From the NCBI GenBank assembly GCA_964187785.1, contig CAXLNC010001180.1, positions 1 through 64,000 of the forward strand: DNA of 64,000 bases, in the 5' to 3' direction. How positions within the stretch are numbered: the first letter of the stretch is position 1; each line of letters opens with the position of its first letter. The position numbers were made by a program, and so were the translations under genes. This DNA comes from Amphiscolops sp. MND2022 (taxonomy: Eukaryota). This document shows positions 24,203-37,488 of this stretch, one piece after another. Under the pieces are notes generated by a model, which was given only the letters and a program-made list of their open reading frames with translations, was not told the DNA's origin and did not search any database.

Positions 24203-25075
24203 GATACCAGTGCAGCAATTGGATAGCAGGGCATGGGGAGTGGATCGAGCGATCAGATGTAAGACATGCCACACGAGCAGTTGAGATAGCTATCAAAGCC
24301 ATGACTAGACCACTTCCCCCTTTTCAAAACCATGTCATCAATAGTCGGAACTATTTGCAATGGGGCGGGTCCAATTTAGCTGACCCCATGGAGTGGCCGA
24401 AATCGGTTTACTACACCAAGGTTCTGGGACTCGGAAAATTGGGAGCATTTAGTTGATTTTCTTCCAGGAAACAGCAAAACACAGAGTTCACTCAGTTTTC
24501 TTCAGTCCTGACACGGGATATTTACTACATCTGATCTTTCGGGATTGGCATTGGCCTCGACACGGTGAGTGCTTACGTAGAACGACTTCGGGGGAATGTA
24601 TCTTCAGCTCATTACATAATTCTGATGTTATCCGGTGGTGGGGGTCAAGAAGCAGCACCTGGAACGCCTTGGCCTGACTGCACAACAATTATGCAACAGA
24701 GGGCTCGGCCATGGCGCGCAAAATATTTGGGGAGTTTACTTTCGGTGTCATTACATTAAAACTATGTCATGAGGTCCGGCCACAACATAAACAATTGTCA
24801 TCAGAGGAGAACAAAGAGCACCCGAAAACGCAACACACCCGAAAACGCAGGTAAGCGACCGTTCCGGGAAGTTGCGTTTTCGGGTGTGTTGCATTTTGCA
24901 GGTGCTCTTTGTCCTGCTCTGAGAGCCAAAGTCAGCGAGGTACTTATGTAACATCTTCGGTGGTGGGTGTATAAAGGCTGAAAACATGGTTCCCCAGAGA
25001 GTGAGTTCATAAAGGCTTTGAACTTAAACAAGCTTGAAGGAGGCTTGACTAGATGTCATTGTCACTCACGCCAAG

Positions 25076-25205
25076 GATCTCATCACATGGTATTGGCCCA
25101 TCTGCAGCTGCTTCGCTCTCGCCGAGATCTGGCGACGCCGGACCTACTTGTTGTCACCTTGCTCTGGATTGCTGGGCCGTGCGCTGGTGTTCCTGCATCC
25201 TTGCG
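25076..25205 (+). CDS. Probable exon starting a hydrophobic/membrane region
   Basis: ccaag|gat acceptor and consensus-like GC donor g|gcaagt. GC-rich open frame DLITWYWPICSCFALAEIWRRRTYLLSPCSGLLGRALVFLHPC. The other two frames are also open, so the frame is inferred from phase. Confidence 0.6.
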
Positions 25206-26760
25206 GCAAGTGCTGCAAAAGCCTTGGCCATTTGCAGAATAAAAAAGCCCCCAAAACTCAGAAAATAGGAGAGAAAGAAGCAGGAACTGAGAAATTTCAG
25301 TTTTACTCGGAGACTTAGCAATTACCAGTACCAGCACTGAAAGGCAAAAACGTAGACAAAATTTTGCACCAGTACTGGCAATGATTCTGGGAATTCTCTG
25401 GTATTTTCTAGGAACATTATTACCAGTACTGGTTTTTACTGGTGCTGCGCCCCCGGCGCGTCAGCACCAGTAGTGGTAAAAATCAGTCTCCCATTTACAA
25501 ATGTTTGATCTTTTTTTTTTGCCAGTTGTTCTCCTTTCAAGTTATTGTCAGGGTTTGCTCTTCTGTCGATGGCCAAGGCTTTTGAAAGGCAAGCGCAGCA
25601 GTGCAACATAAGAACCAGGAGTATTCGTGGAGGAGCTCAAGGGCCCGAAACACTGACAAGTTGAAGTAGGTCGAAAACAGGTCGAAAGTATGTGCTGGGG
25701 CGAGGGCAAAGTAGGTCAAACATACTCCGAGACTACATGTTTTCCTGCTTTTGTCTCACCTATTGTTGACACCCAAGCCCTGAAACCTACGTTTGACCTA
25801 CTTTCAACCTATCTGACCTATTTGGAGGGTTTTCGAGCCCTTCAGTATTCAGTAAAGAGAAAGGCACATAAACATGAAATCGTTTTGCTGGGCGATCCGT
25901 CCGGTGAGGGATCACACGAGTCTTCCAGCCAGGTGACCAGGGTGACCGGAAAGAGTTTGATGTGGCTAGTGTTTATGTGCCTTGGCTAGGCCCCATGTCA
26001 TTGCATCACACGTTCATGAGAGCTTTGATGCATGCTCATGAGCGTGCGCCTGGGTCTGAATCACGCTCTCTCTCTCTCTCCTCTCTCTCTATCTCCTCAG
26101 GAGTTCCCAACAAGAGAAAAGACTGTGGGGGAAGCTCTTTTGCTTACAGTTGGAGGGTTTTTTGCTTGCAATTGAGCCTATTTGCTTACAGTCTGTTGAG
26201 GTGCTTATTAGGGGCACTTCCCACCATAAGCAAATAAGCTCCAACGGTAAGCAAAAGTGCTCCAACTGTAAGCAACAAAGCTCCCAAACACAACTGTAAG
26301 CAAAGAAGCGCAACTGTAAGGCTTAAGTGTAAGCAGGAAGCCTCCAATTGCAAGCAAAAATAAGCACCAGCGATTTCCAGAGTGAAGTTGGCGAAGTTTT
26401 CGGCGAAATTTGTGGCGAAATTCCGGCGAAGTTTGGAAGGAAATTTTCGAGCTTCGTTTGCTGGGGAAAATCGTCAGAAGCATTTTCCACCAAAACTCCA
26501 CCGCAAATTTCACCATCAAACTTCATTACGAGGTTCTGGGTTGCGGCGGGCCCTACAAAAAAGTTGCATCCAAAGAGTGTGAGAAAGCTGACAGACAACA
26601 CAGATCATGCAAGTTCAGGAAAAGAAGTGAAGCTCTCATCTTCTTGAGGGTCTGGTCTGTCAGCATGCATGCTCTCCACAATTTGTCCGGACCCCCACCC
26701 CACGTGCAGGGTCAAATGTGGGGACACTCTGGAAGTTCTCTAGAAAAATCCTCAAAACTA

Positions 26761-26950
26761 GACGAGCGCCAGATTACTCATCTAATCTGTGCCCGCCTAA
26801 AATATGATCTATATGACTTTTTAGGGTGTGTTTTGGGCCTGCTTCCTTTCTCTTTTTCTTGTATGAAAGGCCCAAAAACACCCCCTGAAAAAAGTCATAT
26901 AGACCATATTTCAGGCAGGCACAGATTAGATGAGTAATCTGGTGCTCGTC
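26761..26950. mobile_element. Foldback MITE with TA target-site duplication
   Basis: ta|gacgagcgccagattactcatctaatctgtgcc...ggcacagattagatgagtaatctggtgctcgtc|ta, ~80-bp arms. Inserted in a copy of the 3976-4190 element. Confidence 0.85.
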
Positions 26951-27033
26951 TAAAAACCGCCTTTCTCTCTCCCCCTCCCCTCCCTGGGGCTAGAAACCCG
27001 AATTTCGTGGGCAGAAAATTTTCTGGACGTCTC

Positions 27034-27268
27034 CTTGGTGGCCGTTTCGGATATTTTTTATTTTTTTTCTGCTCGGGGAGGGTGAAGCGGGAGTCCGAGG
27101 CGCCAGGAGGGGGGGGGGGGGGTTTGATTTTTTATTGAAAATCCCAGGACGGGGGTCGCCAGGAAGGAGAGGGGCCGAGTGGCCGGGAGGGTGGCTGCGG
27201 CGAATTGGGGATTTGGGGGGGGGGGAGGGGGCTAAATTTTTTTTTTCGGGGCCGAAATGTCCACCAAG
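27034..27268. mobile_element. MITE with 4-bp TSD (tctc)
   Basis: tctc|cttggtggccgtttcgg...ccgaaatgtccaccaag|tctc. The uninterrupted site ggacgtctcgatttcg is seen at ~4170-4185. Confidence 0.75.
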
Positions 27269-27559
27269 TCTCGATTTCGCCTATTCTTGGGAAAGCCTCG
27301 GAGAATCTTCTGGAGCCACGCAGAGCCCTGCAGAACTCCCTAAGAGATCCCCGCAGAGGCCTCTAAGCGCCCCTGACCCCCACCTTTTTTGGGCATCCTT
27401 TTTTGGCATTTTTTTTTTTTGCGCTGTCCGCCCCACCCTTCCCCACGCAATTTCGCAGACGGAAATTTATCCTTGGGATCGCAGTTTCCCCTTAGAGAAT
27501 ACAAAATCCCCCACCCCGAAAATCCTGAAAAATTACTCAAAAATTACAATTTGGCCCAC

Positions 27560-27686
27560 CCCGGGACTGTCCTGAAAATTACCGAAAAATTACTAAAAAA
27601 TTACAAAGCTACCGAAAAATTACCAAAAAATTACACTTGTAGTAATTTTTTAGTAATTTTTCGGTAATTTTCAGGACAGTCCCGGG
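27560..27686. repeat. Perfect 45-bp inverted repeat
   Basis: cccgggactgtcctgaaaattaccgaaaaattactaaaaaattac (27560-27604) and its exact reverse complement (27642-27686). Confidence 0.9.
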
Positions 27687-28115
27687 AAGGGGGAAACCCC
27701 CTAGGAGCCTTCCCCAAGACCCCAGCCGCAGTGCTGGATAAAATCTCTGGACCCATGGGTGCACGATTTTTATCCAGTACTGGGCTGGGGCTCGGCACCC
27801 TCATAGAGAGAGTGCAAATCTTCCCGGTACCAGCACCGGATAAAAATCGGTCTCCCACAATTTTCTTCCCCAAAATCCCGCACCTCAGATCTGCTCTTTC
27901 TCATAGAGAAAAGGCAACCTGCAGGGGCTGGGTTTTGGGGACGGTTCGGGACGGGGTCGCCCCACAGGAAACAAAAGAAAATCCCTTTTTTCTGGCGCGC
28001 GAGGAAAGGTGAGCCTCTGAGAAGCAACTTTTCTCGGAGAGCCTCCAGGAGGGCCGTGCCCCAGTCAGATGGTGACCCTCCCAAACGTCTTTTTCCTGTT
28101 GCTTTGTTTGCACAG

Positions 28116-28232
28116 GCTGATGTTTTGACATATCTCCCTAGCAGCGCCGAGGCGCTCTCAGCCGGCAACATCTTGCTTCGGTCCCTTTGCCTGAGCTACA
28201 TGGTGCTTGGGACGGTCGCCGCGAATCCTTTT
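28116..28232 (+). CDS. Candidate exon, hydrophobic segment
   Basis: Pyrimidine tract plus cacag|gct, donor ttt|gtgagc. ADVLTYLPSSAEALSAGNILLRSLCLSYMVLGTVAANPF. Phase does not match the 25205 donor, so an intervening exon or the alternative donor at 25187 is needed. Confidence 0.5.
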
Positions 28233-31200
28233 GTGAGCAACCTCTTGGAGTACCCTTGCTGCAAAGAAATGCCGCATGCATGAAGTGAAGGCATTCCGGG
28301 AGGCTACGCTTCTGCTGCTGATGATGATGAAGAAGAAGGTAGGTCCTGGATCAAGATGATATTGCAGAGGAAGGGCGTGATATGCACATTGTGCAAGAAA
28401 GATGCGGTACGTTCTCCACGAGATAGGTGTGGAAGCCACAGAAGTAGCCCCCAAACTCACAGCAGCTACATGTGACGTCAAAGTGGGCACCAAACATTGG
28501 GTTTCCTCAAAGTTAGGAACATCGGTTCAGAGCTTGATCTCGTTGTGTCGGAAACCTTATAGAAGTTGCAATTCTCTGGGATTACAGCTCACCAATGTGC
28601 TGTCAGCGGTTCCGTTTCGTATTCCTAACGGTTACGTGGCTTCATCAAATAGGTCAGGCAATCATCTTGTCTAGCTTTTGGATTCTCTCAACCTCTCAAC
28701 TAGTTTGGAAATTCTCCCCAACTAAGTTGTGAAGAACACATCAGAGTATTTTGTGGGAATCAACTTACGCAACCGTTGCATCTTGAAGCATCACAATATC
28801 AGTAGACCTAAGTTTTTGGAGTTTTCTCGATCGCCCCGAGCTTCGTACAGACGAATTCCTCTCGCACAGCTGTTTTGTAGTAACTTCTTTTGTTCTGGAG
28901 GTGCAAGGCCCCTAACCAGCTACAGGAGTCTTTCGGGCCCTTTGCGCCCGAAGTGTCTTGAGAAGTGTCTGAGAGAGTGTCCCCGAAAATGGTGTCCCAG
29001 GCAGTGTATCACGGGGTGTTTCTGGGTTCCCCAGAACTCCAGAGCCCAAAAAGTGTTAGAAGAGTGTCCGTATTGTGTACCGGACACCTTTCCCACGTAT
29101 TGTCAGGGGTCGGAAGGGCCCCAGAAACACCCCATGGGATATTTTACTAGGACACCCCATTGTTNNNNNNNNNNNNNNNNNNNNNNNNNNNNNNNNNNNN
29201 NNNNNNNNNNNNNNNNNNNNNNNNNNNNNNNNNNNNNNNNNNNNNNNNNNNNNNNNNNNNNNNNNNNNNNNNNNNNNNNNNNNNNNNNNNNNNNNNNNNN
29301 NNNNNNNNNNNNNNNNNNNNNNNNNNNNNNNNNNNNNNNNNNNNNNNNNNNNNNNNNNNNNNNNCGGATTTGGGGTGCGTTTTTATTTGGGCCTGGCGAA
29401 TTTCAGGAAAATTGCCAGCGAATTTCTCAGCGAATTTTGATGGCAAATTTATCCCGCGAATTTTTCGGCCTTGTTTTCCAGGGTTTCAGGCCTCCCCAAA
29501 AATTCATGCCCAAAATTCACCTCCAAACTTGTCAGCATTCCTCTCAAATTTCGCTTTCTCAAACCCAATTTGTTTTCACGCCGATTTTCTGCTTACAGGG
29601 GAGACCAATCAATTTCATAGAGTGCTTCAGGGGGCGGCACCGAGGGCCAGGGGTGGCAACTTTACTCTGAGAATCGCAAACGGTGTCGGTAAACAGGGTC
29701 GCAGCAATCAACCCCATATGGACGATACGGACCCGATACGGAAATTCTGTCTCGACCCTGGAAGCTACACGAATCTCCAAACCCAGCACGGAAACCCGGC
29801 CTCGACTGACCAGCCAGTGCTGATTTCTTTTCAAAAGAAAGCCCATACAGAAACTCAGTATCGACCCACATCGTCGATACGGATGTGATTGCGGACGCCA
29901 ATTCTGTGGGCGCCGTGTCTGAGACCTCTATTTACTTCATGTTAGCGGTACTTCAGACCCCTTCAGGAGCCTTTTCTCCCTTAAGACTTACAACCCCGTG
30001 AAGAGAACCCCATGAAGCACCACCTGACAAGTGGCTCTTGATTCCCAGGAAATGGTCTGTCAATTGGCTGTTGATTGGCAGTTAATTGTCTGTCGATTGA
30101 TTTGTCTTTTATATCTAGGATGTGCCACCTAACTTTCTCTTCTTGTAAGGCTCGGAAAAACCCTCAGTACCATCGGCGCAAAAAAAATTACCGACCGGAA
30201 TAATTTTTCTGGGCAATTCTTTGGAGATCGGTAATGCATTACCGTACCGGAAAAATTGTTTCCAGGAATTATTTGGACCGGTAATCGTAATTAAATCGGT
30301 AATGGAAAGTCTGGCCGGTAAAGTCCTTTTTTTTTGTTTGTGTCCGAAAAGCCTGGGAAAGCCCCACCCCTCTCCGTCCAGCTCCACAGCAGGGATAAAA
30401 TTTCGGGAATTATTCCAGTAAACAATCGGAGTTCGGAATTAAATCGGTAAAAAAAAATTACCGTTACCGGCAAAATTGCTGCCGGGAATTATTTTGCCAT
30501 CAGAAACGCAAAACCGTACCGGATTAATTGTTTTCAGAATTGAATAGGTAATAATTTTTGCACGGATGGTACTGCTGGGGGTTTCATGGCCAGCTCTGGT
30601 TATTAGATGCCCGAATCGCAAGCGATTTCAAACCCAAGCCGAGCTAGGGATTTGAAATTGCAGCGATTCGACTCACCTCAATGTCAGCTACGAGTTTTAG
30701 ACTAATTCTCAACAGATGTAGAAGCCATTTTGGTTGCAATTTGGTTAACGCACTGCGATCTCAAATCACGATTTGATTGCAATCTCAAATCGCTGTGATT
30801 GCGATTTTGCAATTCGGACAGCTAGGCTCATGGTTGGTCATTGAAAAGGCCAGGTCGGAAAGAAAGGGCCCAAGCCGTACTGACGGGGACGCAACTCTGG
30901 AGTCTGGACGTCAATTCTCCTGTTGTTTCCTGGACTAATTAAGGGACTTCCAGCCATACCGAAGCCAGGAACTCCAGAATTTGTTCTGAGAGCGTTTCCA
31001 GGGTTTTCTGGACTTCTTCCAGACTTCCCATCTGTACTGAGGGTGGATCCCGAACAGACTGTATGTAGATAGACCAGCAACATTGCGTGCAGCTTTTGGA
31101 GAACCCCCCCATCAAATCCTTTCCTGCATGTCATTGCCCGGCGTTCTAAGACGCACGTCTTGGGAGAGCCCAAAAGAGAGTTGCGATTTAGGGCTTAAAC

Positions 31201-31560
31201 GTGGTAAGACGCTAGCGTTCAAAAAAGGCATTGCGAACTTTTTGCTTACGATTTAGAGGGGTCACCCAGCCGCAAAAGGAGTCCGGCAAAAGGAGTCTGG
31301 CAAAAAAGTGCCAAAAAAAGTGACAGAAGCATCAGAAAAGTGACCGAAAAGTGACCGAAAGAGTCCCGAAAACGAAAAAAAAAGTGATCGAAGTCCTTTT
31401 GCCGACCTCCTTTTGCGGCACCCTGAGGGGGGGCCCTCGGGGCGAGGAGTTGCGTTCATCTCCCATGCGTCTATAGAAAGGCAGCGTTTTGCGTTTGCGT
31501 TGTTAAGCTCAGCAAGCCTGGAACCTCTCCAGAACCGAAGTGCACAATGTCCATTGACAG

Positions 31561-31627
31561 AGCCACCCTTCCTGATTTTCCATGCATGTATTGTGCTGAT
31601 CGTCTGCATGTTTGGTTGTGTCTTGCG
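31561..31627 (+). CDS. Candidate exon, transmembrane-like segment
   Basis: gacag|ag...cg|gcaatg. (E)PPFLIFHACIVLIVCMFGCVL(R). Its phase-2 end is compatible with exon 38797. Confidence 0.4.
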
Positions 31628-32249
31628 GCAATGCCGCCATCCTAAACCTCAGAAGGCCCCAAAAAAACATCTTAAAGGGGATATCTGAAAATGGGATTTC
31701 GCACTGAAATCCGCGCTCCACACGTCAATTCTCACTGCTCTCTCTAAGGCAATTCCACAGGGAAAGTGCCGTCTAGACAGGGAAAGCACCGTCTAGACAG
31801 CACTGTGCACCGAAAAAAATGCCATTTTGAGGTGTCCTGGTTTAAGATGTATCAGCGGCCTCATTTTACCGACGCTGAGCGCACCAGAAGTCATCATGAA
31901 AATTGCCCCCCTCGAGCCCGTCCATGTCGAATTTTCAGATGGGGGTTTGTTTATGCAAATGAAAAGGTGTCTGGAAGGTTATGACTTGAATCACAGAAGA
32001 AGAGAACCAACTCCTTTGAGGATTGATATGAGCCGACCCTGCAGGAGACAACTTGACAGGGCATCTATCAGATTGTGTCATTCCAGCTCAGGTTGTGCGG
32101 TTGCATGGTGTGCCTATGTTTTTGTTATGGCTATGTGTTTTTCTGCGATGAACGTGTGAACAATGCATTTGCTTAAGTTTGAAGAGAAGTGCTCCATAAT
32201 TGACCGTACACCCGTCGTCATATTTTTGACCTCGAACTGTCCTCATAAA

Positions 32250-32480
32250 ACGATTTGAATTTTCAAATGGGCCCGTTTGAAAATTCAAATGGGCCGATTC
32301 GAAAACTCAAATGGGCCCATTCGAAAATTCAAACGAGGCATTTGAAAATTCAAATGGCCCTGGGACAGCAGAAAGGACAGCATTTGAAAATTCAAATGTT
32401 CCGTTTGGATTTTCAAATGCTCCATTTGAAAATTCAAATTGGCCATTTTGAAAATCCAAATCGGCATATTCGAAAATCCA
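32250..32480. repeat. Degenerate minisatellite of a near-palindromic tttgaaaattcaaatgg unit
   Basis: About 9 variant copies visible. Confidence 0.8.
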
Positions 32481-33870
32481 ACGGTTTCAGAGAAGTTGGC
32501 AGTCACAGTCCCTCCCGTCCCTCCCACATCCAAGTGTCCAAGCAGGTTAGAGGCGAATCAGAATCAGCATGGGCAACGGCCTAGAAAATGGTTCTGGGGC
32601 AGCCATCTTCCCCGCCTTTCCAGATTTTCTTCCCTATTGTTGCCGGAGATGTCCAAACGGACTTCTGCAAGAGTGAAAATATCCATGTCACCAGCGTGAG
32701 ACAATCCATCACAGTCACTCACAGGCTTAGCCATTGCCCAATTGTTGGTTGGTTCCCATTATTTTACATCAATTAACGGCATTCCGCAGAACAAACCTTT
32801 GGGATTGCCGCGTTAGGGTGTGTCACGATGATGCCCTTTTTCCATGATGGTCATCATGGCCCTCGGTAACCTGAGCGTAGGTAAAATGGTGCCGCCTAAT
32901 GTAGTGGTTTAGGGCTCCCCCAAAACCTTGAGTTCTGATCCATGTCCCATCTTCATTGGATTGACTATACTACTAGCCCCAGGTAGGCGCAGGTCAGAAG
33001 AGGATGCTGGAAAGACACGGGAGAATCAAAGCCACGACAGTCTACAACATCATGTCATGACATTCCTCGTCAACTTAGTGGCCACTTATCCTGCAATATT
33101 GCCCACGGAATGATTTGATCCTGAGGTTCTGCAGAGCGGTCTTGGGGTGGGTTTTTTATTTGGTTCTGGCGAATTTTAGGAGAATTGTCCGCAAATTCCT
33201 TAGCAAATTCTCCAACGAATTTTTCGGCCTTGTTTCTCCAGGGTTCCACCCCCTCCCAACAAAAAACCATATCACCCAAAATTGTCGGCACTCCTCTCCA
33301 ACTTCAAAGTTTTGAGCCCCGATTGTTTTTACGGCCAATTTTCTGCTTCCGGGGGGAGATCAATACTAACTATCGCTTAGGAAACAGGCCAAGAGGAGCC
33401 CAGACTCCTTAATTTAAGGAGGTTAGGGTCTATAAGGCTGTTGGTATTTGAGTTAGTTTCTCGTTGCTTTGATTGGGTTCCGGGGTTTGGGGGTGTGGGG
33501 GACCTTTGGCCGGATTAGTCCCTCACATCCATAGCCCCTGTTAGGTGCCAAAGAGCCTAGGTACCAGCTTAGTGGCCCGATATCGCGCGATATTGCGATA
33601 CTATCGCTGGATACCCCATATAGCGCGACATGGGCATCGAAGCAAAACCGAGGAATATCCGAGAAATGCTCCTTCCCTGCGTTCTTGGAGCATTTCCCAG
33701 GTGCTGTTCGGGCCATCGGACACGAGCAGAAAAGGCAGAAAAGAGCGAAAAATGCCCTGCAGAGGCCAGCTTCCGGGAAGGGAGGGCAGACACCCCTTAA
33801 ACCCCCCCCTGTGTTACACCCCCATTGGCTGTTGTACCTTGTCGTGCTCCCGACAGGATAGACTTCACAG

Positions 33871-33930
33871 ACACTGGCTCCACGGACAGCGAGTCCATCC
33901 TCATTAGTGGCGGTCTCAGCAGCAGGGAAG
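33871..33930 (+). CDS. Weak candidate exon
   Basis: cttcacag|ac...gaag|gtcagg. (D)TGSTDSESILISGGLSSRE. Could not be chained with confidence. Confidence 0.25.
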
Positions 33931-34393
33931 GTCAGGATGCACCAGATTCCTAGCATGCCATTTGTCTGGTCGCTTGAGGGCCATGTATCGCGCGATGCGG
34001 CTGTGATGCGAATACGGATTTGAATCGTGCGATGCGAACGGCCCGCAAAAATATTTCTGCAGTTCCCAAACGCGGCCGTTCTTAACCCAGTCAGACGCAG
34101 ATGAGAGCATAATCGCAAATCCACCAAAGAGTGCAAACGCAAGTCTGCAAAGTTCGCAAGCGCAAGTCTTCAGCGCGAAAGAGCGCTTCTGCGTAAAAAT
34201 TGCAAACAACCAGGTTTGAAACAACCAGGTTTGAAACAAACAGGTTTGGGAACGGCCCACAAAACTTCAAAACCAAAACATTGAGAAACAAAGGCCCGTC
34301 AATTTTTCCCACTCAAGTCTTTGTGTTGGCACCGAAACGTTGCGATAATGACAGTGCTATTCGCGTGTCCAAGGTGCGTTCGGGAACCCAAAC

Positions 34394-34633
34394 GACCCCG
34401 CCGTACTAAAAATACCACGGGATAGTGAATTACTACGCCGTAGTGTTTTTACTACGGCCCATATAATATTTACTATGCTGTGAATCCCTCTTTGAGGGGA
34501 AAAAAGGCCTGCAAAATCCAGGAAAATTGTGTCAGTTCAGGGTGGGTGGTCGCCATAGCAAGTCACTGTGCGATTGTCAATTTACTACGTATAGTAATTG
34601 ACTACGGCGTAGTATTTCTAGTACGGCAGGGTC
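34394..34633. mobile_element. MITE, gaccc(c/t)gccgtacta family
   Basis: gaccccgccgtactaaaaatac...gtatttctagtacggcagggtc, with actacgg/ccgtagt internal repeats. Relatives at ~39130-39325 and 53227-53429. Confidence 0.75.
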
Positions 34634-34859
34634 CTTGGGGAAACGGAAGGTATCGTGGCGAATCTGTGCGATGCAGAATCGCCAGCGAAGTGCTGTGGCG
34701 AAACTAGCCACTACGATCCTATTCACTTGAGGCCTTACTAATCAGCGATCTCCAAACCCATAACCGAATCTGCACAGCCCCTTTTGAGTAGGTCAAACGG
34801 CGGCCATCCCCAGCGAGACTCAGAGGGTACAAATTTGGGTTTGTTGGCTCCAAAAGGGG

Positions 34860-35100
34860 GAGGCTTTTTTAGTTACAGTTGGAGCTTTCTTGCTTACAGT
34901 CAAGCTTGTTTGCTTACAGTCCCTTTAGGCGCGTATTAGACGTATTTTCCCATTGTAAGACATAAGCTCCAACGGTAAGTAAAAAAAACTAAAATTGTAG
35001 GTGAAAAAGCTCCAACTGTAAGTAAACAAGGTAAAAGTGTCAATTGTAAGTAAAAAAAGCTCCACTGTAAGCAGGAAGCTTCCAATTGTAAGCAAAAAAA
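34860..35100. repeat. Dispersed gcttacagt/actgtaagc repeat family (one example)
   Basis: Arrays of ttgcttacagttggagc on the left half and gctccaactgtaagc on the right half. Also at ~26130-26360, 46720-46975 and 57600-57845. Confidence 0.8.
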
Positions 35101-37413
35101 CTGCATCCTGAAGGTTCCTATATGGCTGGTATTGCCCAGGCGTCAGGCTACAACTTTGGGTGTGTTTGATCTGCGTCATTTCGCCCTACTCAAACGGGGC
35201 TGTGCAAATTTGGTTGTGGGTCTGGAGCTCGCTGACTTGATGCTTCGCTTCGAGTTTCCTCCCCAGCAAAACTCAGACCATGGTCCGAGTTAACTGCCAA
35301 AATGGTGATGGGGGTAGTTCCTGGGTTGGTCATTAATTAAGGGGGTGAAGATTCACCCCTTGATTAAGGGGGTGGAGTGTCTAAAACCCCTTGTTTTGCA
35401 GTGTTTTTGAACCCCGCCCCCTTAAAAAATGTGAAAGTGTACAATTACCGTTCGAGTCAAAATTATTACCGGCAGTCTTGTTACTCTTGAGAATTTATTT
35501 CCCGAAAATTACCGTTACCGTTACCGTCTTGAAATTCGGATGAATTACCATTACCGTTACCGTCTTGGCGTCCGCAGTCGCCCCTTCATTTCCATTGGCT
35601 CCCAATGTCTAGAAGGTCATTCAAATTAATTTCCTCAAAATTACCGTTGCCGTTACCGTCTTGAAATGTTTTTGAATTAGAAAGGCAATAATTTCGGATA
35701 TGATGGTACCTCAGGCCAGAAAAAGAGCACAAAGATTAACTTTTTGGGTCCGGAGACCGCCCGGTGGGGTGGGGGTCTTCCACGCGAAGGGTTGGTGGCC
35801 GAAAAGTTCGTGCCCTCCCTCGAAAGTTTGTCTTCCTTGGGGTTTTTGGCCCCAAATAGTTGCTCTTGAGTTTCATATGGGGGGGGCTGAAAGGTTTGGG
35901 GGTAACAAATGACGCCAAAGAAACTCCTGGGAATTGAGTTTTCGGCGTGCTATTTTCAAGTTGCTCCACAAATTCGCTTTTGATTGACCATCCTCACAGA
36001 AACCATTACGAGCAGAAATACAATAAAAATCCAAAAGTTTGGATTTTCTCTCTGTCGGATTACGAAACGACAGCAAAAGAACATCTCTGGGGTTTTTATT
36101 TTTTTTGGTAAGTGTGGCCTGCTGTTGTGGCTTGCGTGGCCAACATGATCATTTCGAAAGCAAGTGCGAAAGAAAATTTGGGGGAACTTGTTTGCCTTTC
36201 CATTACGCAAGCGAAAGCGAAAAACAAATTCCAGATTTTCACTTGCAACCGTTTTCACCCGGATGGTAATTGGGGAGTAATTTAAGATGCAGCTCATAGA
36301 GTTCTTCAGGGGGCCTCCCCGAGGGGGCGACAACTTTACTTCACTTTTCCAAGTGCTCCAGACCCTTTATTCAAAGCGTCAAAGGCACCCTTTCTCACCT
36401 CAAGAGTTGCAACCCCGTTGCGGGCACCCCGTCCACCATCGCTTGAACAACAGCAAGAATTATTGGTAGAGCTGGTACTTCCCCATTCCCAAACTTGTTC
36501 CCTTGTGTCATGCCACAAATTCTTTGGGAAGCAGCCAACCAAAAGTACCGTGGAGTTTAAAAATGATTACGTATTAGGTTTTATTCTTTGCGAGATATAA
36601 GGTATTATTTGCCGTAATTACTTTACAGGATTGGGTCGGTTGGGGAATATTTACCGTATTTCCGGGGCATCCACGGAGAGCGAACGGTGACAGCCAGCAC
36701 TTAGAGGCGCGCCCAGAATTACAGGATTGGCTCCGGTTCGAATTACTTACCGTAAGAACTTACAGGACAGGGCCCTTTTTGAAATAATTAGGTAATAGTT
36801 TCGAACTCTACAGTAACTATAAAGTGGCTAGGACAGGGGAAAAGTTAGTTTTCGGTTACTTTGGGGTTACTTCTTCCTTCCTGTGGGGTCACACCTAGAG
36901 TCACTTTTTGAGTTACTTTTTCATTACTTTGAATTTCGGGGGGTTTCGGGCCCTGTGGGACCTTGGCCCCTCATAAGATTACACGGGGGGTGGGGGGAGC
37001 TCAAGAGTTCGGGGCTTGCGTGCACAGGCTGCAATTGTGAATCTTGTGACTTTTTGTGTGGCAGCTGGTTGTTGAATCCCTATACCATTGCAGCCAAATT
37101 CATTACCATTTGGTTTTTCTTCATGGTCCTAAAATGTCTAATTTTAATTACCGTTGCCGTTCCCGCTTTTAATTCTTGAGTATTTTGATGATTTGCATTA
37201 CCATTTTTCTCCGTAAACTACTGGTGGGGAATGACTCGTGTGTGCATGATACTACATGACCATGACCGTTGCCGTTACCTTTTTTATTCCGGTGAATATC
37301 TTTTGTACTTAATTTAGCATCACCATTATTTTGGTTACAGTAAAGCAGTCCAGGAATTTAATCTGTAATAGTTGCGGCTGGAGTGGTAGGCCAAGCTCGG
37401 AGATCTTCGCAAG

Positions 37414-37488
37414 GATTCGACGCCAAATTACAGATTGCAACTCGTCCATGCAAGGAGTACGGTTCAGGAAGCCGCTACTCTTCTGCAA
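37414..37488 (+). CDS. Weak candidate exon
   Basis: cgcaag|gat...caa|gtaatg. DSTPNYRLQLVHARSTVQEAATLLQ. Not chained. Confidence 0.25.

Noticed and set aside
35110-35190. Apparent exon GSLYGWYCPG / VPYMAGIAQ
   Set aside because: Sequence belongs to the foldback repeat family also seen at 55457-55606.
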